64,000 nucleotides of DNA. It comes from the human T2T-CHM13v2.0 reference genome, Homo sapiens. The notes under the pieces are model-generated. The model did not search any database, was not told where the DNA came from, and saw nothing but the letters and a program-made list of their open reading frames with translations. The translations under genes were made by a program, and so were the position numbers. Of this stretch, positions 1 to 17,552 are shown piece by piece; position 1 is the first letter of the stretch, and every line of letters starts with the position of its first letter. The DNA lies in the NCBI RefSeq assembly GCF_009914755.1, contig NC_060936.1, one strand, 5' to 3'.

Positions 1-1312
1 AATTTGTTAAAAAAGGGATATTGGTAAGGGTTGGACATGTGAGCATCAACCTAAGATTTTTCAGTTTAGCATAATCGGAAAGATTAAAAGGTAGTGAAAA
101 AAGAATATTGTGCTAAGTGCTTCACTGTTGTTTTAATGTTACATCTACCTTATAACATTACCTCATGTACCACCAGTCTACATGTCCTACACTTTAGGAA
201 ACTGACTGACTTTAATTAGTATGTGTAATAATAATTACGATTAATTAAGTGAAGGTTATAGGATAGGCCTTAGTGGCACCCCCAACTCAAGGTATCAAGG
301 CAAGGCATTGGCAGGAAGGCCAATTTGTATGAAAATATCTGTGTGCTGAAGGAATTTCAGAAATAAGAGTCATTCTCCATGGCACTGAAATTAGAAGAAT
401 AAATTACAAGATCAATATCTGGAAGGCAAGTTTAGGTGCATGAGTTCTATCTTGGATCACTAATATTTAGTTGAGGGATCCATTCAATTGTCCTTCAAAT
501 CAAATCCTAGGAAAAGCTTTAAAATTCCTTCACAGACCAGAGTGCAAAAACAAGGTATTCATGAGAACCAAAACATGCTGACCGTGCTCAATTTTGACAG
601 GTGGGAATATCAACTTCATGTGGTTGTCTTAAAGATTAAATGAATAATGTATGTGAGAGAGAAAAAAATTTGAGATTTTATTTGTGTTCTTGTATTTGCC
701 TTTTCCTTCCCTTATTTAAGCTGATAGCAACTCTGCTTCCTTGCCTCAGGACAGGTTTGTGGCAAGGAAGAAAGCAGAAGTTGCTTTCAAAACATTTTCC
801 CTCCTACTTGAAATGTCCACCCACCAATTTCTATTTAATAAGAATTTAGGGCTAGTGATCTGATTGGAATTAGTATATGAGGTTGCTAGAAACTTATTTA
901 AGTTCTATTTGCATAGCATTATAAATCAATAAAAATAGCACTGTTTTCTAAATTTGCCTTTATTTTCACTTTACAAAAATTTTCACCATAACTCCATGGA
1001 ATGTTATTTTTACTTAGGGTGGAACCAAGCAGAGGGGTTCACCCAAGCCATCTTTGGGTGCTTCCATGGGAAAGAAGGATTTCACTGAGAATAATAAGTG
1101 ACACCAAGGCTCAAAAGAATGAGAGAGAAGTCTGTTGGTCTCTTGAACAGCAGGGATTTGCTCACAGATCTCTGGAAGTAGCCAGAATGTGACAGGATCT
1201 CAAAATGAATGGCTGCTTCATGGAGGCTGGAACATAAGCCTGGGACTCCCAGTAGCCAAACATAGCTGTGCCACAAACATGGCTGAAATGTAGCAGTTTG
1301 GTGGATCCGAGG

Positions 1313-1520
1313 TCAGTCATTGAAAATGTATTGATTGGCACCTATTCTTTGTGAATCATTATTCTGGGTTCTGGGGTCACAAGAGCAAATGAAACAAATG
1401 AAGTACCTGCCATCAATGAGCTTACATTCTAGTAAAGAGGGACAGAAAATGAATACATTTTAAATGAATAAATTCAGATACCGCTAAATGTAGTGAAGAA
1501 AAAAATTGGGCTAAAGAGAG
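1313..1520 (-). mobile_element. L2 LINE 3' fragment
   Basis: Degenerate reverse-complement L2 3' end (tcagtcattgaaaatgtattgattggcacctat...gagcttacattctag). Confidence 0.65.
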
Positions 1521-1599
1521 CGAAAAACAATTTCTGAAGTTACTAGCAGTGAAGGGTGGGGGAAGAGAAGAGACGGATTTAACCAGGAAAGATCTGAGC

Positions 1600-2123
<524 letters not shown>

Positions 2124-2519
2124 TCAGCTAGATCTAGAACCAAGGATTCTAGAAAATATGTGTCAAAACCCAGCTCTCAGTTTTGTTAGCTATCACTTAA
2201 CATCAGTTTAAATCATTCATTTATTCACCATTCATTAAGCCGGTATTTATGAGTACCCTATTGGTACTCTGTATGTACTAGTGCTAAAACTATAACAATG
2301 TAAACACTCATTCCCTGCAATCAACAATATATACTGGCCAAAGATTCAATTCCATGATCAAGCATAGCAGCATTAATAGTAGAGCAACCTCCATTATGTG
2401 CCTAAGCATTACCTAAATTTTAGCCTGAGTTTAACCAGGTGTTTTAGATCAAATATCACTTTACTAGAAACATGGGAGATAGAAGAACATATTAAATGAT
2501 ACCACACATACTTAATCAA

Positions 2520-3015
2520 ACAAACCTGAAATGTAGGATAATCTCTAGGGCACTGGCCTGGTTTCTTTTAAAAAGTCAGTGTTATAAAAAATTTTAAATA
2601 AAAATGTTCTAGATTAAAAGATACTGAAAATCATAATGACTAATTAAGCTTGTAAACTTTGATTAAGTTCCGGTTTGGAAAAAAGTTGTATGTAATTGAT
2701 TATTGGAAAAATTGAATATGGATTGTGTTTTAGATGATATTAAGGAATTTTTGTTATTTCTGTTCTAAGATGTAATAATGTGATTATGTAGGAATGTATC
2801 CTTAATTTAAGGAGATGAGTATGTTAAATATGATGTTGACAACTTCCTTTCAAATGATTTCATGAAATAAAAAATAAATAAATACAAATGCATGTAAGTA
2901 GACAGTGCAAGTTTGGCAAGATTTTAATTTCTGAACTTAGGTAACAGGTATCCAAGTGTCTGTTACTATTTTTTCAGCTTTGCTGTTTGATATTTTTTGC
3001 AATGAAATATTGAGG
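2520..3015 (+). mobile_element. Old L1 (L1MC/L1ME-type) 3' UTR fragment
   Basis: Degenerate old-L1 3' UTR motifs (ctagattaaaaga, gaatatggattgtgttttagatgatatta). Confidence 0.55.
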
Positions 3016-3044
3016 GAGAAAAAGAATGGATTGTGGGGAGACTG

Positions 3045-3255
3045 TGTTGTGATTCTCTAATAGAGTCAATGCCATTACTCCAGAGATATTTGGACATGTG
3101 GGTGAGGTGTTTTTGATTATCAAAATGATTGTGGAACACTACTGTCGTTTAGTGAGGAAGTGAGTAATAAATAACTTGTGATGTGTGGGAATTTTCCAAA
3201 CAACAACTAAGTACCCTTCCCAAAATGCTAATAACTCCCCTGTTGAGAAATACTA
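3045..3255. mobile_element. hAT-Charlie MITE (MER20/MER112-like)
   Basis: Ends ...cccaaaatgctaataactcccctgttgagaaatact, typical of these elements. Confidence 0.55.
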
Positions 3256-3394
3256 AAATTAAACCAATAAATAGCTCACACAAAAAATATTCCATTGACC
3301 TTATATACAACTCTAATGTTTGTTCTCCAATTCACAAAAAAGTACTCCTGATAAAGAGTCATTTATATTCATGGCTTCCATATCCATGTTTTCT

Positions 3395-4915
<1,521 letters not shown>

Positions 4916-5774
4916 ATATCCACGTTTTCTATTCATTCCTCAGTCCACTCAAGTTTGGTTCAACAACCACCTTCCTTAAAACCAGTTTTATCAGGATTAG
5001 CACTGATATCTTTGCTAAATCCAAAGGGTGCTTTACATTATTTGACCACGGTGAATATTTCCTCCCTCTGGAAATTTTCGCCTTGTCTTCCATGACACTA
5101 CTTTCTTCTGGGTTTTCCTAACTCTCTAATTTTTTCAGACTCCTATTATAAGCCCCCTTTTTCTTTGCGTACATCTTATTTCACAGGATTTCATCTTTAG
5201 CTCTTTTTTCTATTTAATTTTTCTCAGATCCCCACCTCAAGGCAAAATATTGCACCTAAGTCCCATACCTATTTACACGACTGCCTACTGACATGAAATC
5301 TTCAAGCCTAACATACATGAAATGGAACTTAATATCCCCCCACATACACTTGCTTCTCTTATAGTCTTTATTTCAATTAATGACTAGGATCTACTTAATG
5401 CTTTAGGGACCTACCCAGGAGACATGGATTCCAAATGGCAAGGGAGGAGAGTGGTAGGGAAAGAGATGGCTTCCAGGAGGAGGTGACACTTAAGCTAGGC
5501 GACTAATCAAGGGAGAATTGAATGAGGTGTTTGGAAGTGATGCAATGTGAGTTAGGGAAGACGCTCCATGTGCAGAAACAGAAGCAAATGCACAAAGGAA
5601 AATAATGCTACACTTTTTTTCTAAAAGTGGAGAGCAACTCAGAATTGATGAAGTATACTTTTTTTTTTTTTGCAGGAAGAATAGGCAAGAAATATAGTTG
5701 GTAAAGTAGGCAGAAAATAGATCATGAAGAATCTTTTATGCCATTCTAAGGAGTCTGGATCTTATCCTATCAGG

Positions 5775-6062
5775 TCAGAGTTCACAGGTTGATTGTTCAC
5801 AGACTACACAAGTGGCTTGTTTGGCTTATGCCGTGCTTTAAAACGTGATGAATTATTTGTTGACATTTAAAAGCTAAACCGTTTCACATAAAATCTGGAT
5901 TTCCAGTCTCTTTTGAAGAACTGGAAGTTCTGGCCACATTTTCCCGCATTTGACAGGCTCTAATGTCACCACTCTGCAATAGTCCCCATCTGATCTGCTT
6001 TGTTCCGTTGTCACTTCTGCTACCTGCCTGGCACCTGAGAGCTTTGGCAGTTGCTACTTCTG
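5775..6062. mobile_element. hAT-Charlie element (MER102-like) within L2 sequence
   Basis: tttcacataaaatctggatttccagtctcttttgaagaactggaag...cctgcctggcacctg matches recalled MER102 motifs. Confidence 0.6.
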
Positions 6063-6559
6063 CTTCAGATGATGAGAAATTATTGAAGCAAGAGAGTAAT
6101 ACCAGATATTTGGGTCAGAAAGATCATTCTGGAAGAAAAATAGAGGACAGGCACCGGGGCATAGCGAAGAGTGCCCTAAAGAAATGAATGCAAATTCTAG
6201 AGTAACAGTGGATATGTTTACAGAGGGAGAACAAACACATCACTTTGCCTTAGACACCATTTATCCTCCTAAACCGCGGGATAGCTCAGAGGAGACAAGA
6301 CTCATGCAGTACTGAGGTGACAGTTGAAGATGGCCTCAGCTAGAGCAATGACAGTACAGATGAAAAGGAGGGGCCAGGAATCAATAAAGCTTAATCATTG
6401 ATTGTATGTGGCATGTAAAAACTGGAAGGAATGTAAAATAATTTCCAAGTGAATGATAAGAGAACAAGGTGCTAAAAATCTTCACTTATCACACTAATAA
6501 AAAAATTATTCTGTATTGAACAAATTTGCCTTCATAGTGATTAGCTTACTAGATCTATT

Positions 6560-6800
6560 TTCACATATGCCTAGTAACTATAAATTAGTCAATTATACAT
6601 CATTTCTAAGTAAAACTCTAGGAAAGATAATTAAATGCAAAATGAATGGAAATTTTAAGAACTTAACGATCACTAGGAACAACTAAAGGTTTTTTGAGAA
6701 ATGAGCCATGCTAAATTAGGCTCGCTTATCATTTTGTTGCTTGTGTGTTTGTTTTGTTAAGAATGCTAGGCTAAGTCAGGATCACGTAGTGATAGAGTCT
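6560..6800 (+). mobile_element. L3/CR1 LINE ORF2 remnant
   Basis: aaaactctaggaaagataattaaa...gatcactagg...ccatgctaaattagg resembles the CR1 RT region; very diverged. Confidence 0.4.
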
Positions 6801-6922
6801 GAGAGAGTAGGCACAATTAATAAAACTTCTCTAAGCTGCTTTGTCATGATAGGTACATGGTAGTCATTGCATTTTTTAACCTGAACACATTATTTCTCAT
6901 ACTGTATCAGCTTTCCATTTTT

Positions 6923-7273
<351 letters not shown>

Positions 7274-8746
7274 TCAATTTTACTTTCCATTTTTAATTTT
7301 TTCATTTGGTTTTCAGTCACTAATTGAGTGACAGTGTTGTCTTCTACCCATTGAACTTTAGATATTTCTAGTTTTCCCAAACTATATGACTTTTATTTAA
7401 ATCCTCAATATTATTACACCTATTGTATATATCTTTACCTCTCTGACTCATAATTTCTCACTTCTCATACGCACACATGTGTACACACACGCTATATATA
7501 TATGTATATTCTATAGTATACTATATGGAAACGATTTAATTTTTATTTTACTTGCTTTCATTTTTCATTATTTTTCAAATTCATCCTTTTGAATTTTATC
7601 CATATGTCTTATTTTTATTATTATAGATAAAATTCTATAACTATGACATTCTTTTTATACCCTATTATGTAGTTACTCCAGTAATTACATAATATACATA
7701 TATACATATAATGTACACAATAGACGTATAAAAATAAAGAAGCTTGTACATGTTTCATTCACACCTATGTTGGTAAAAGAAGATATGAAAAACATACTGA
7801 GAGGAATAAGGGTTAGGTTTGCCACATGCATACAGATTTGTAAGACATGAATGAGTTGAAATTATAAACGAGAATGACTTTAATTACATCTAAGTAGGCA
7901 AACAGCCAAGATCTTTCTGTCTGAGAAAGTAATTAATTTTCACTTTTCTTTAGCGTAGGTTAAAGAAAAATTTTAGAGTGGATAAGAAAGCCGTTCCTCT
8001 GTTCATTTTCATAAAAATCATTGCAATATCTAATCTCTCAGGAATAGGAAATGTTTATATGGCATTAGATTAGTTGAGATCTGAAGTGAAAGCTTGAAAA
8101 CCTGTCTCAGTAACATTATTCCTGTACTTTTATAGCTATTCTTGTGTTTTTTACTGTGACACCCTGTCTGGTTTCCTTTATCTCCAGATTCCTATTACAG
8201 ATCAACCCTGTTTATTTCATTTCTAGAGGTAAAAGTTGACATAGTATGGTTTTCTCAATTGTAAAGGTTTCTGGTATGCTATCGGCTTAATTCTGAAGGC
8301 AAGACAAATATAAGAAGTAAAGAGGAAAGAACTAATATTTTGGCACGATGAAGCTGTTTTAGATATTGATTATGGTGATGTTTATATAAAAGTATACATT
8401 TGTCAAAGCTCACAGAACTATACATGAAAAAAGCTGAAGCTTACTGTGGGTAAATTATGTTTTACTAAAAAGAGAGAGAGAACCTAAGACTGTCAGTCAC
8501 AGCCAGGAAAAACTGTTATGCCATATTCAAATGTCAGATTCATATTCAGATGAAACATTTCCTGTTATTATAGTAAATATTACTGATGTGACCTTCTATA
8601 TAAATCAGTTTTAGCTTATCTACTTTCATCTTCAAAACTTTGAAAGAAAATAGGTTCTCAAAAGCCATTTACACGCTAATCATTAGTTTTTCAGAAGTTT
8701 ACATTTGAATATAAGTTAACAGTACTAAATTGGTTAACTAAGTAAG

Positions 8747-9534
<788 letters not shown>

Positions 9535-9887
9535 CTAATATTTTATTTTTCTGAAACATATTCAAACTCATATATTCTAGGACCAGCTACACTGACACAG
9601 AATACTATTTGCTGGAATTTTAAGCTCAATGATTTTAATTAATAAAGTGAGGATATTGAAATATATAGACAACGCATTGAGTCTAACTTCTAATACAAAC
9701 AAGATGGTAAAGAAGTGATAGTTGGGGAATTTTTTTTTTTTTTTTTTTTGGTCAGAGCCTGTTTATCTGCAAGGAGGTGAAACCTAATCAGAGTAGTTTA
9801 AGTAAAAACAGGCTGTATTGCAAGGATAAAACCTCGCAGAAGAGAAAAAGCTGAGTTCTTGGGAATTGGAAAGTTGTCAGGTGGTAC

Positions 9888-10350
9888 TCTCTCCTCCCTC
9901 CTTCACTCCCCTTTTCCCTCTCATTATTTTCTCTCTTCTGTTTCTCTACCTCCTTCTCCCTGCATCTCTTTTCTCTTTCTGTCTCTCTCATTCTCTCCAT
10001 GCCTTTTCTTCTCCTCCCTGCTTTAATTTTCTCTACTCCTCTTTTCTTGTTCTCCTATATGTATCCCTCCTTTCCTCCTTCCCTCTGTCCTCCTTCCTCT
10101 CTACAGCATTCCAACTTTCCTTGCCCTCTCTTCATCCCTCATCCCCTTGTCTCCTCTTCCCTCTTTTTTGCCTTTCCTTCTTTCTTCCCTTCTTTTCCTC
10201 TCCCCTTCCCTCTGCCTTTTTTTATATGTCTCCCTTTCTTTTTCTATTTCTCCATAATCTCGTATCATTTTTACTATGTGTGCTTTTTTTCTTTCTTTCT
10301 TTTTTTTTTTTTTTACCCTTCTCTTGTGAAGGATGCCTACTTTTTCCCCC
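9888..10350 (+). repeat. Polypyrimidine low-complexity tract
   Basis: About 460 bp, mostly C/T; source of the F/L/S/P-rich spurious ORFs. Confidence 0.9.
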
Positions 10351-10845
10351 TAACTTCTCTCTTAGGCTGTTATCAACTCTGGCCCCAGTTCTAAGTGGGC
10401 TTTAACAGGTTCAGGCCTACTGTGTTTATAGGAGAAATTGCAAAGTGGCTAACCATAGCCGAATTTGGCTTACAAATGTGTTTTGCTTGATCCAGTCTCT
10501 GATTCTCCTAGGTTTAATTGTTGGTCATAAATTTAAAATATAGAAGAAGTATAGGTTGGCTCAAACAAAACACTTTTCTACACTTCAATAGTCCAGAACA
10601 TACCTTTGCATATTACAGAGTAGTCTCAAAGTGGATACTCATTGTAATGAATTATGAAGAAAATATAAAACTTTATTCAGATATTTCAGAAGTCAGAAGC
10701 ATTCTTTATAAATATTTCAATAAAATATTTTTTAAAGATGCTTAAAATATAAGCTCTAGACATGTAGAAAATTTGGATATGAGGAAAATCACATTTCAGG
10801 GAATTTTAATGAAAAGTTAATTATATTAAATAAAAATAAAGCTGA

Positions 10846-11177
<332 letters not shown>

Positions 11178-11440
11178 GAATTGTTAACTTTCTTTCATTG
11201 TTTTAGAAGAAACATAACGTAAGTATAAGATGCCCAAACATAAATATAAGATGCCCTAGCTTTTGATGCAGTAGAATCCAACAGATCCTAACACACTAAC
11301 ACTTTTAAAATTAGAGTTTTAAATGATACAAAAAGTATTGGAGATCAGCATTAATATCATTCTATACTAACAAGAATGAAACTGTTCCAATAAGTAGCTA
11401 AAAGACAAACTTCCTTCTGTCCATGGACATAAATTAGCAA

Positions 11441-11616
11441 GTTTTTTTTTTGTAGGGGGGTGGGGGCAGGGTCTCACTCTGTCGCCCAGGCTGGAGTGCA
11501 GTGGCACAATCTCTGCTCACTGTAGCCTCAGCCTCCTGGACTTAAGTTATCCTCCCAACTCACTCCCTCCCCTACCAAGTAGCTGGGACTACAGGTGTGC
11601 ACCACCACACCCAGCT
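11441..11616 (-). mobile_element. 5'-truncated AluJ (right arm only)
   Basis: TSD ataaattagcaa at 11429-11440 and 11617-11628. Confidence 0.9.
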
Positions 11617-12780
11617 ATAAATTAGCAATTCTTATATTCCTAACTAGTTACTTGTAAGAATGAATAGTGTGGATTTGTTTTCATTCCCCAGCTAGTTCTA
11701 ATATCCTTTAAGGCAGACTCAAATTTCTTCTGTCCTCTTGAATTGTGAAGCATCATATTTTTCACATTGTGCATGCTCAACAAATGCTTATGATTAATAA
11801 ACTGACTGATACGGTAGTTTGCAAGTGGGACCCTAGCAAACATAATTCTTTCCAAATGTGCTGCATACATGTAAATTGCAACCATTTCTTTGGGCAAGAA
11901 TCATAAATTAAGCTCCCCCAAATATTCAGCTGAGTAATTTTTAATAGTTTTTTTTTAATTATAAAGCTAATCATTATCTTTGCAAAATTATCAGGAAATA
12001 AAAAATATAAAGAAGAAGATAATGTCACTTGTAATATCATTACCTGGAGATTTACTAATTTTTTGGTACACAGTATCTTCTAGATTTTTTCTTTGAAAAC
12101 ACTTGTAAATAAATGCACAGTTAATTTTTTAATTTTTCATCTTTACTTGGATATAATTGACAAATATAAATTGTACATATTGAAGACTTATAACTTGATG
12201 TTTTGATATATGTATTCATTATGAAAATATCATCGTAATCAAATTAGTTAACATAACCATCACCTCATGTAGTTACCTTTTTTTGTGTGTGGTGAGAGCT
12301 CTACCCTCTCAGTACATTTCAGGTATACAATATGGATTTGTTAACTGTAGTTACCATGCTGTACATTAGATCTCAAGAATTTATTCATCTTCTATAACTG
12401 AAACTTTGTATTCTTTGACCAGTATCTCTCCATTTTCCTCACCTTCCATACCCTGGCAACCACTGTTCTACTCTCTGCTTCTGTAAGTTTCACTATTTTA
12501 GATTCTACGTATAAGTATGATCATGCAGTATTTGTCTTTCTGTGTTAGCTTACGTCATTCAGCATAATGTTCTCCATGTTCATCCATGTTGTCCCAAATG
12601 AGAGGATTTCCTTCCTTTCTAAGGCTTAGTAATATTCCATTCTATACATTTCACATTTTCCTTATTCATTTATCTTTGGATAGACACTTAGGTTGTTTCC
12701 ATCTTAGGTATTGTGAATAATGCTACAATGAGCATACAAGTGCAAATATCTCTTTGAGTTACTAATCTTTAATTTGGATA

Positions 12781-13169
12781 TGCTTTGGTGTGAAATGCCC
12801 CCCAAAATTCCTGTGTTGAAATGTAATCCCCATTATTGTGGTGTTAAGAAGTGTGACCTTTGGGAGGTGATTAATTCATGAGGACTTTGACCTAGTGAAT
12901 GGGATTGGCATCCTTACAAAAGGGTTGCAGGTTGAAGGGAGTACTCTCTTGCCCTTCTGTCCTCTCAGCTACATGAAGGCATAGCAATCCTCCTCTCGGG
13001 AGGATGTAGCAACAAGGCACCATCCTGGAAGCAGAGAACAATCCTCACCAAACACCAATCTTGCCAATGCCTTGATCTTAGATTTCCCAGCTTCCAGAAC
13101 ATGAGAAATAAATTTCTACTGTTAAAATACTCAGCCCGTGGTATTTTCTTATTCAAATGGATTAAGACA
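12781..13169 (+). mobile_element. MaLR solo LTR (MSTD-like) inserted in L1M
   Basis: tgct...aagaca ends; gcaacaaggcaccatcctggaagcagaga and ccttgatcttagatttcccagc; L1 resumes on both sides. Confidence 0.88.
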
Positions 13170-13559
13170 GAATGTATACCCAGAAGTAAGACTGTGGGAT
13201 CATACGGTAGTAATATTTTTAAATTTTTGAGGACCCTCCATTCTATTTTCCTTAATGGCTGTACCAATTTCTATTCTCATCAACTGTGTACAAGTTTCCC
13301 TTTTCTCTACATCCTCATCAACACTTGTTATATTTTGTCTTTTTGATACTAACTGTCCTAACAGGTATGTGGTGTTATCTCACTGTGGTTTTGATTTGCA
13401 TTTATCTGATGATTAGTGATGTTGAACATTTTTTCAAATGCTTGCTGGACATATGTATATCTTCTTTTGAGAAATGTGTATTCAGGTCTTAGTTCATTTT
13501 TCAATCACATTACTTGTTTTTTTGATATTGAGTTTTTTTAGTTCCTTATATATTTTGCT

Positions 13560-13713
13560 TTTAACAATTTTTTTTAAATTAAAAAAAATTTTAAATAGAG
13601 ACAGGGTCTCACTTTGTTGTCCAGATTTGTCTCAAACTCCTGGGCTCAAGTGATCTTCCCACCTCAGCCTTACAAAGTCCTAGGATTACAGGTCTGAGTC
13701 ACTGTGTCCAGCT
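13560..13713 (-). mobile_element. FLAM (Alu monomer) inserted in L1M
   Basis: Left monomer only; TSD agttccttatatattttg on both sides. Confidence 0.9.
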
Positions 13714-16700
13714 GAGTTCCTTATATATTTTGGATATTGTACCCTTATCAGATATTTAGTTTGCAAATATTTTATTATTGTTATTGAAAATGGAATTATT
13801 TTCTTAATTTCCTTTTAGATAGTTCATTATTTGTGTATAAAAATGCCACTAATTTTTGTATGTTAATTTTATATCCCACAACTTATTTAAATTTGTTCTA
13901 ACAGTTTTTTGTTTAGTCTTTAATGTTTTCTACATATATGATACTGTCATCTACAAACAGTGATAATTTTTCTTCTGCCTTTCCTGTTTGGATGTATTTT
14001 CTTTTTCTTTCTTCCTTTCTTTCTTTCTTTTTTTTTTTTTTTTTTTGTCTAATTGCTCTGGCTATGACTAGTGTATGTTGACTAGAATTAGTAAGAATAA
14101 GCATTCTTTCCTTGTACTGGATCTTAGAGGGAAAGCTTCCAGTTTTTTCCCATTGATTATGATGTTTGCTGTGGGCTTTTCATATATGTCTTTATTGTGT
14201 TGAGATAAGTACCTTCTATACCTATTTTATTGAGAGTTTATTTTTTATTACGAATGGATGTTGAAATTTGTCACATGCTTTTTCTATATTTATTGAGATG
14301 ATCATGTGGTTTTTATGTTTCCTTCTGCTAATGTGGTATACCATACCAATTGTTATTCGCAAACCAAACATCTGAACCATCCTTGCATCTCAGGGAGAAA
14401 TCCCACTTGATCATGGTGTATAATCCTTTCAATTGCTGTGGAATTTGGTTTGCTAGATTTTATTGAGGATTTTTGCATTTGTGTTCATTGGGGATATTGA
14501 CCTATTGTGTTCTTTTCTTGGAGTCTTTGTCTGGTATCATGGTTATCCTGGTTTTGGTAGTATGGTGATGCTGGTATAACAATTCCTGTTTTCTTTTGGT
14601 TACCATTTGCATGAGATATCTTTCTGCATCCCTTCACCTTCAGCCTGTGTGTCCTTAAATCTAAAGTGAGTCTTTTGTGGACATCATGTAGTTAGGTCTT
14701 GTTTTTATTTTTGTTTTTAAATCCATTTAGCCAATCCATGTCTTTTGTTTGGGGAGTTTAGCCCATTGGCCTTCAAAGTAATTTTTGATAGGTAAGAATT
14801 TACTCTTGCCATTTTGTTAATTGTTTTCTGCCTGTTTTGTAGTTACCTTTTTCCTGTCTTCTCTTGTTGCCTTTCTTCTCTTGTGGTTTGCTAACGTTTT
14901 TGTGGTGGTATGCTTTGATTCTTTTCTCCTTATTTTTTGTCTATCTAGTGTACATTTTTTCGTGGTTACTATGGAGTTTACATTAAACCTTTTCTAGATA
15001 TAGAAATATGTTTTAGGCTGATAACCACTTAACTTCAATCACATACATACATACTGCATATTTTATTTCCCCTCCACACACTTTATGTAATTGATGTCAG
15101 ATTTTGCCTCTTTCTACATTGTGTTTTCATTACAAATTTTTGTGGTTATAGTTATTCTGACTAATTTTGTATTCTGATTTATATATGAGTGTTAACAGTA
15201 ATTTTATTGCCACAGTTACAGTATTATATGTTTGTGTTGTTTACCTTTATAAAAGTGAGATTTATACTTTCATATGCTTTCATGCTGTTGTTTAATGTCT
15301 TTTTATTTCAACTTGAAGAACTTCCTTTAGCACTTTTTGTAAGGCAGGTCTAGTGGTGACAAATTCCCTTAGTTTTTATTTGTCTGGGAAAGTCTTTATC
15401 TTTCCTTCATTATTAAAAAACAATTTTGGCAGATAAAGTCTTCTTGGTTGGCAGGTTTTTTTGTTTGTTTGTTTCAGCGCTTTTAACATATAATCCCACT
15501 CTTTCCCAATCTGTAATGTTTCTGCTGAGAACTTTACTGATCTGTAATGTTTCTACTGAGAAGTCTGATTTGGGTTTTTTTTTCTATTTGATAAATCACT
15601 TTTCTCTTGCTGCTTTAAGAATTCTTTTTTGTTTTTGTCTTTGGCCTTTGATAATTTAGTTATAATGTCTCATGGTAGATCTCATTGGCTTCAATCTATT
15701 TGGGGATCTTTGGGCTTCATGAATCAGGATGTTCATTCCACTTTCTAGGTTTGGGAAGTTTTTAGCCAGTATTTCTTTAAATAGGCTTTCTCTCTCTTTC
15801 TCTTTCTCTTCTCCTTCTGATAAGGCCATAATGTGTATATTGGTTCACTTGATGGTGTCCCCCATTAGTTCTATACTTTTTTCATTTTTTTTCCTTTTGT
15901 TCTTCTAACTAGATATGTTCAAATCTGTCTTTGAGTTCATGGACTTCTTCTTCTACATGACTGAGTCTGTTGTTAAACTTTTTATTGAGCTTTCATTCTT
16001 TTTGCTCCAGGATTTCTATTAGGTTCTTTTACATAGTTTCTATTTTCTTTGCTGCACTTCTTATTTTTGTTCATATATTGTTTCCCCCAGTTCATTTAGT
16101 TGTTTATCTGTGTTCTTTTGTAGCTCATTGAGCTTCTTTAAGAAAATTATTTTGAATTCTTTGTCAAACAGTTAATAAATCTCCATTTCTTTAGGGTCAG
16201 TTACTGGAGCTTATTAGTTTGCTTTGCTGGTATCGTGTTTGCTTGATTCTTCATGATCTGTGTAGCCTTGAGTTGGTGCCTGTGAACTTGAAGAAGTAAA
16301 CGTCTTTTCCAGTCTTTACAGGCTGGCTTGGCAGACCTCCTTCTACTGTGGACTTGAAGTGATGGGACTGTCTCCTAGGATCATGGTTTACCAAGGGTGG
16401 AGTTGTGTCATGTCATTGCTGCTGAGTCTGCATTTAGGTCTACCATTGGTGAGCCTGATACTGGGGACATAGGCAGGTGTGTATCCTGAGGAATGGGACT
16501 GCCTCTGTAACCATGGTCAAGCAGGGCTGGAGCCAGGTCATGAGGCCACTTCTGGTCTGCAGTTGGACCCACAGATGGCAAGACTCTACCAGAGTCACAG
16601 ATGGTTGTGGCTCCTGCTGCGTCCTTGGGTGAGCTCCTTTTGGGCTCTGGATGGGTTGCTGAGTGGGCAGGACTGCTCTGGGACTGCAGTACAGCAGAGT

Positions 16701-17552
16701 TGGATCTAGGTCACAGGGCTCCTTCACAGTCTAGTTAGGTCCGTGCTTGGCTGGCCTTTTACCAGGGGCACAGATGAGTGTGGCTCCTCCCTTCATGGTC
16801 CCTTGGTGGAAGGGGCTAGTGGCAGGACTGTGGAAAAGTGGGGCTGGAGCCAAGTCCACAGGGATACAGGGCTGCTTCTTGTCTGCAGCCAGGACCATGG
16901 TCACTGAGCCTGCCACTGGGATGTGAGCCTGTTTTCTCAAAGCAACCCTCTTGGTCTTGTGTTCCACCAATTCTTTGCAACCTTCTACTAGGATCCCAAA
17001 GTTCTCTCAAAGGCACTTTTGTCCATGGATGGCTGCCAAATTATTATTTCTCTTGGTGTGGAGGGTGGGCATAAGCTGGGGTCTCCTATTCTGTCATCTT
17101 GCTGTTCATCTCTTGGCATACATTTTTAAAATACAAAAATGAGATCACTTTATACATACAGTTTTATAACTGTCTTTTCCATTTAGCCATATGTTAGGGA
17201 CAGCTTTCCATGTCAATGAATATAGGTCTATATATTCATATAATATAAATATCATTCCATGTACTGTATTTTATTTAATCAATCCTTTTTTGTTGATTTT
17301 AAGGCATTTACATGTTTTCTATTATAAACAATGTATAGTTGAACATCATATACCTTTCTTTAGAAAAAAATTTCCAAAACAGAATTGCACAACAAGCTCC
17401 AAGCATGAGATCAATAAATACTTGTTGAATAATCATCAACTATATGACTAATAATGGGGACACAACTATTGTTTAACTCATTTGAAATGGTTAATCTTTT
17501 AGACATATGAAGATATATTATAAAAGTGTGTATATACACATATATTGCATAT

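Larger units (their letters stand above)
12122..17112 (-). mobile_element. Old L1M (L1MA/MB-age) with both termini and large internal deletions
   Basis: 3' UTR at ~12125, ORF2 pieces, ORF1-like region ~15300-16250, GC-richer 5' UTR ending cctattctgtcatcttgctg; flanked on both sides by an older L1ME-like fragment. Confidence 0.85.

Noticed and set aside
162-191. 30-nt minus-strand micro-exon (tttcctaaag|...GAG|gtaatg)
   Set aside because: Weak acceptor and no recognisable peptide.
9866-10405. 179-aa hydrophobic ORF (also 39576-40043 and 43448-44038)
   Set aside because: Translation of pyrimidine tracts and antisense Alus.
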